Of a DNA stretch of 64,000 nt, positions 63,545 through 64,000 are shown piece after piece. The stretch is taken from the NCBI GenBank assembly GCA_026414805.1, contig JAOAIH010000004.1:15808-79807 (forward strand). Reading direction: 5' to 3'. The stretch's first letter is position 1, and every line of letters starts with the position of its first letter. Position numbers and translations under genes: made by a program. The stretch is from Spirochaetota bacterium. GTDB lineage: Bacteria; Spirochaetota; UBA4802; UB4802. Below the pieces are notes generated by a model. It had not been told where the DNA came from. It searched no databases and worked only from the letters and a program-made list of their open reading frames with translations.

Positions 63545-64000
63545 TTATTTTGAATGTATTGTGCATAAATTATTTATTGAAGAAACAGGAATAATAATAT
63601 CTCCAAGATCTAAAAAAGCATTTATCAAGCTTATATGTGTAAATGCAGATATATCATTGACTGTGATGTATGCTTCTTTGATTTTTCCTTCATCAATGAG
63701 TTTGGCGCGTTTTGTGCCTGCAAGAAGCGGCGTTTTTGGGGTAAACCACATGCTGCCATCATACAGGGCTACATTTGCTGAAGAGCTATCGGTAACTAAC
63801 CCCCTTTTTATAATTAAAATATCGTCGGCATTTCCACGTTGTTCAAATAGCTGCGTTATCCGTGATCTATCTGCATATTTATAGGGGTAATCTATAGTAT
63901 CGTCTACTATAATTGTTACTGTGGATATAGATTTTCTTTTATACAATTCATATTCAATTTTTTTTACTGTTGCATTGTAATACACCCGTATTTTCCAGAT
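63545..64000 (-). CDS. Class IV aminotransferase-fold protein (branched-chain aminotransferase / aminodeoxychorismate lyase-like), C-terminal part; the N-terminus lies outside the window
   Basis: Conserved region ILIIKRGLVTDSSSANVALYDGSMWFTP...LLAGTKR. The ORF stays open to the window edge. Confidence 0.6.
   Translation of the reverse strand: MWKIRVYYNATVKKIEYELYKRKSISTVTIIVDDTIDYPYKYADRSRITQLFEQRGNADDILIIKRGLVTDSSSANVALYDGSMWFTPKTPLLAGTKRAKLIDEGKIKEAYITVNDISAFTHISLINAFLDLGDIIIPVSSINNLCTIHSK

Overview
This is an AT-rich (roughly 35% GC) bacterial chromosomal window, and it is gene-dense. I found no rRNA or tRNA genes, no CRISPR array, and no integrase or transposase, so nothing here marks a mobile island. 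Features that point to a diderm, flagellated organism include lnt, a FadL-like outer-membrane barrel, a lipoprotein with a lipobox, fliA, flgM, fapA, cheR, cheD and cheW. Strong AGGAGG-type ribosome-binding sites are used. The taxon is uncertain: WG repeats, many PAS kinases and GldAFG-like ABC genes would fit a spirochaete-like or FCB-like lineage.

Gene content, left to right:
- **Flagellar and chemotaxis block (1-5570):** the tail of an upstream gene, then fliA (sigma-28), a FapA/DUF342 protein, two hypothetical proteins, cheR and cheD.
- **Conserved housekeeping block (5576-9837):** yicC, a remA-like DUF370 gene, gmk, rpoZ, miaA, hfq and an SPFH-like membrane protein.
- **Tiny arginine/lysine-rich ORF (9934-10029):** 31 aa, missed by the ORF track, resembling the bS22/mS38 ribosomal protein family, followed by a terminator.
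- **PAP2 phosphatase, a frameshifted galT-like gene, and a secreted WG-repeat protein.**
- **Translationally coupled operon ligA-lnt-(metallophosphoesterase + nucleotidyltransferase fusion).**
- **A 2264-aa multi-PAS/GAF hybrid histidine kinase.**
- **Cyclic-nucleotide-flavoured cluster:** CBS-PP2C phosphatase, membrane class III adenylate cyclase and an MBL-fold hydrolase.
- **Operon of a PHP-domain + GT4 glycosyltransferase fusion with a GH13 alpha-glucosidase or trehalose-synthase-like enzyme.**
- **Operon flgM / Fe-ADH-family protein / larB / larC** (nickel-pincer cofactor genes with no larA or larE in the window), next to cheW.
- **Further housekeeping and accessory genes:** rsmI, serC, a GldA/GldF/GldG-like ABC system plus DUF4340, a CoA-transferase, acs, pepA, rnr, an AbrB-like cysteine-rich protein with arsM, an MFS/GPH transporter and a lipoprotein.

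The most unusual sequence-level signal is a short DNA motif, GAGCTATCG (extended consensus roughly MWGGAGCTATCGC). It occurs 15 times perfectly against an expectation well below 1, on both strands, in coding and non-coding DNA. Where it codes E-L-S it forces the rare codons CTA and TCG.
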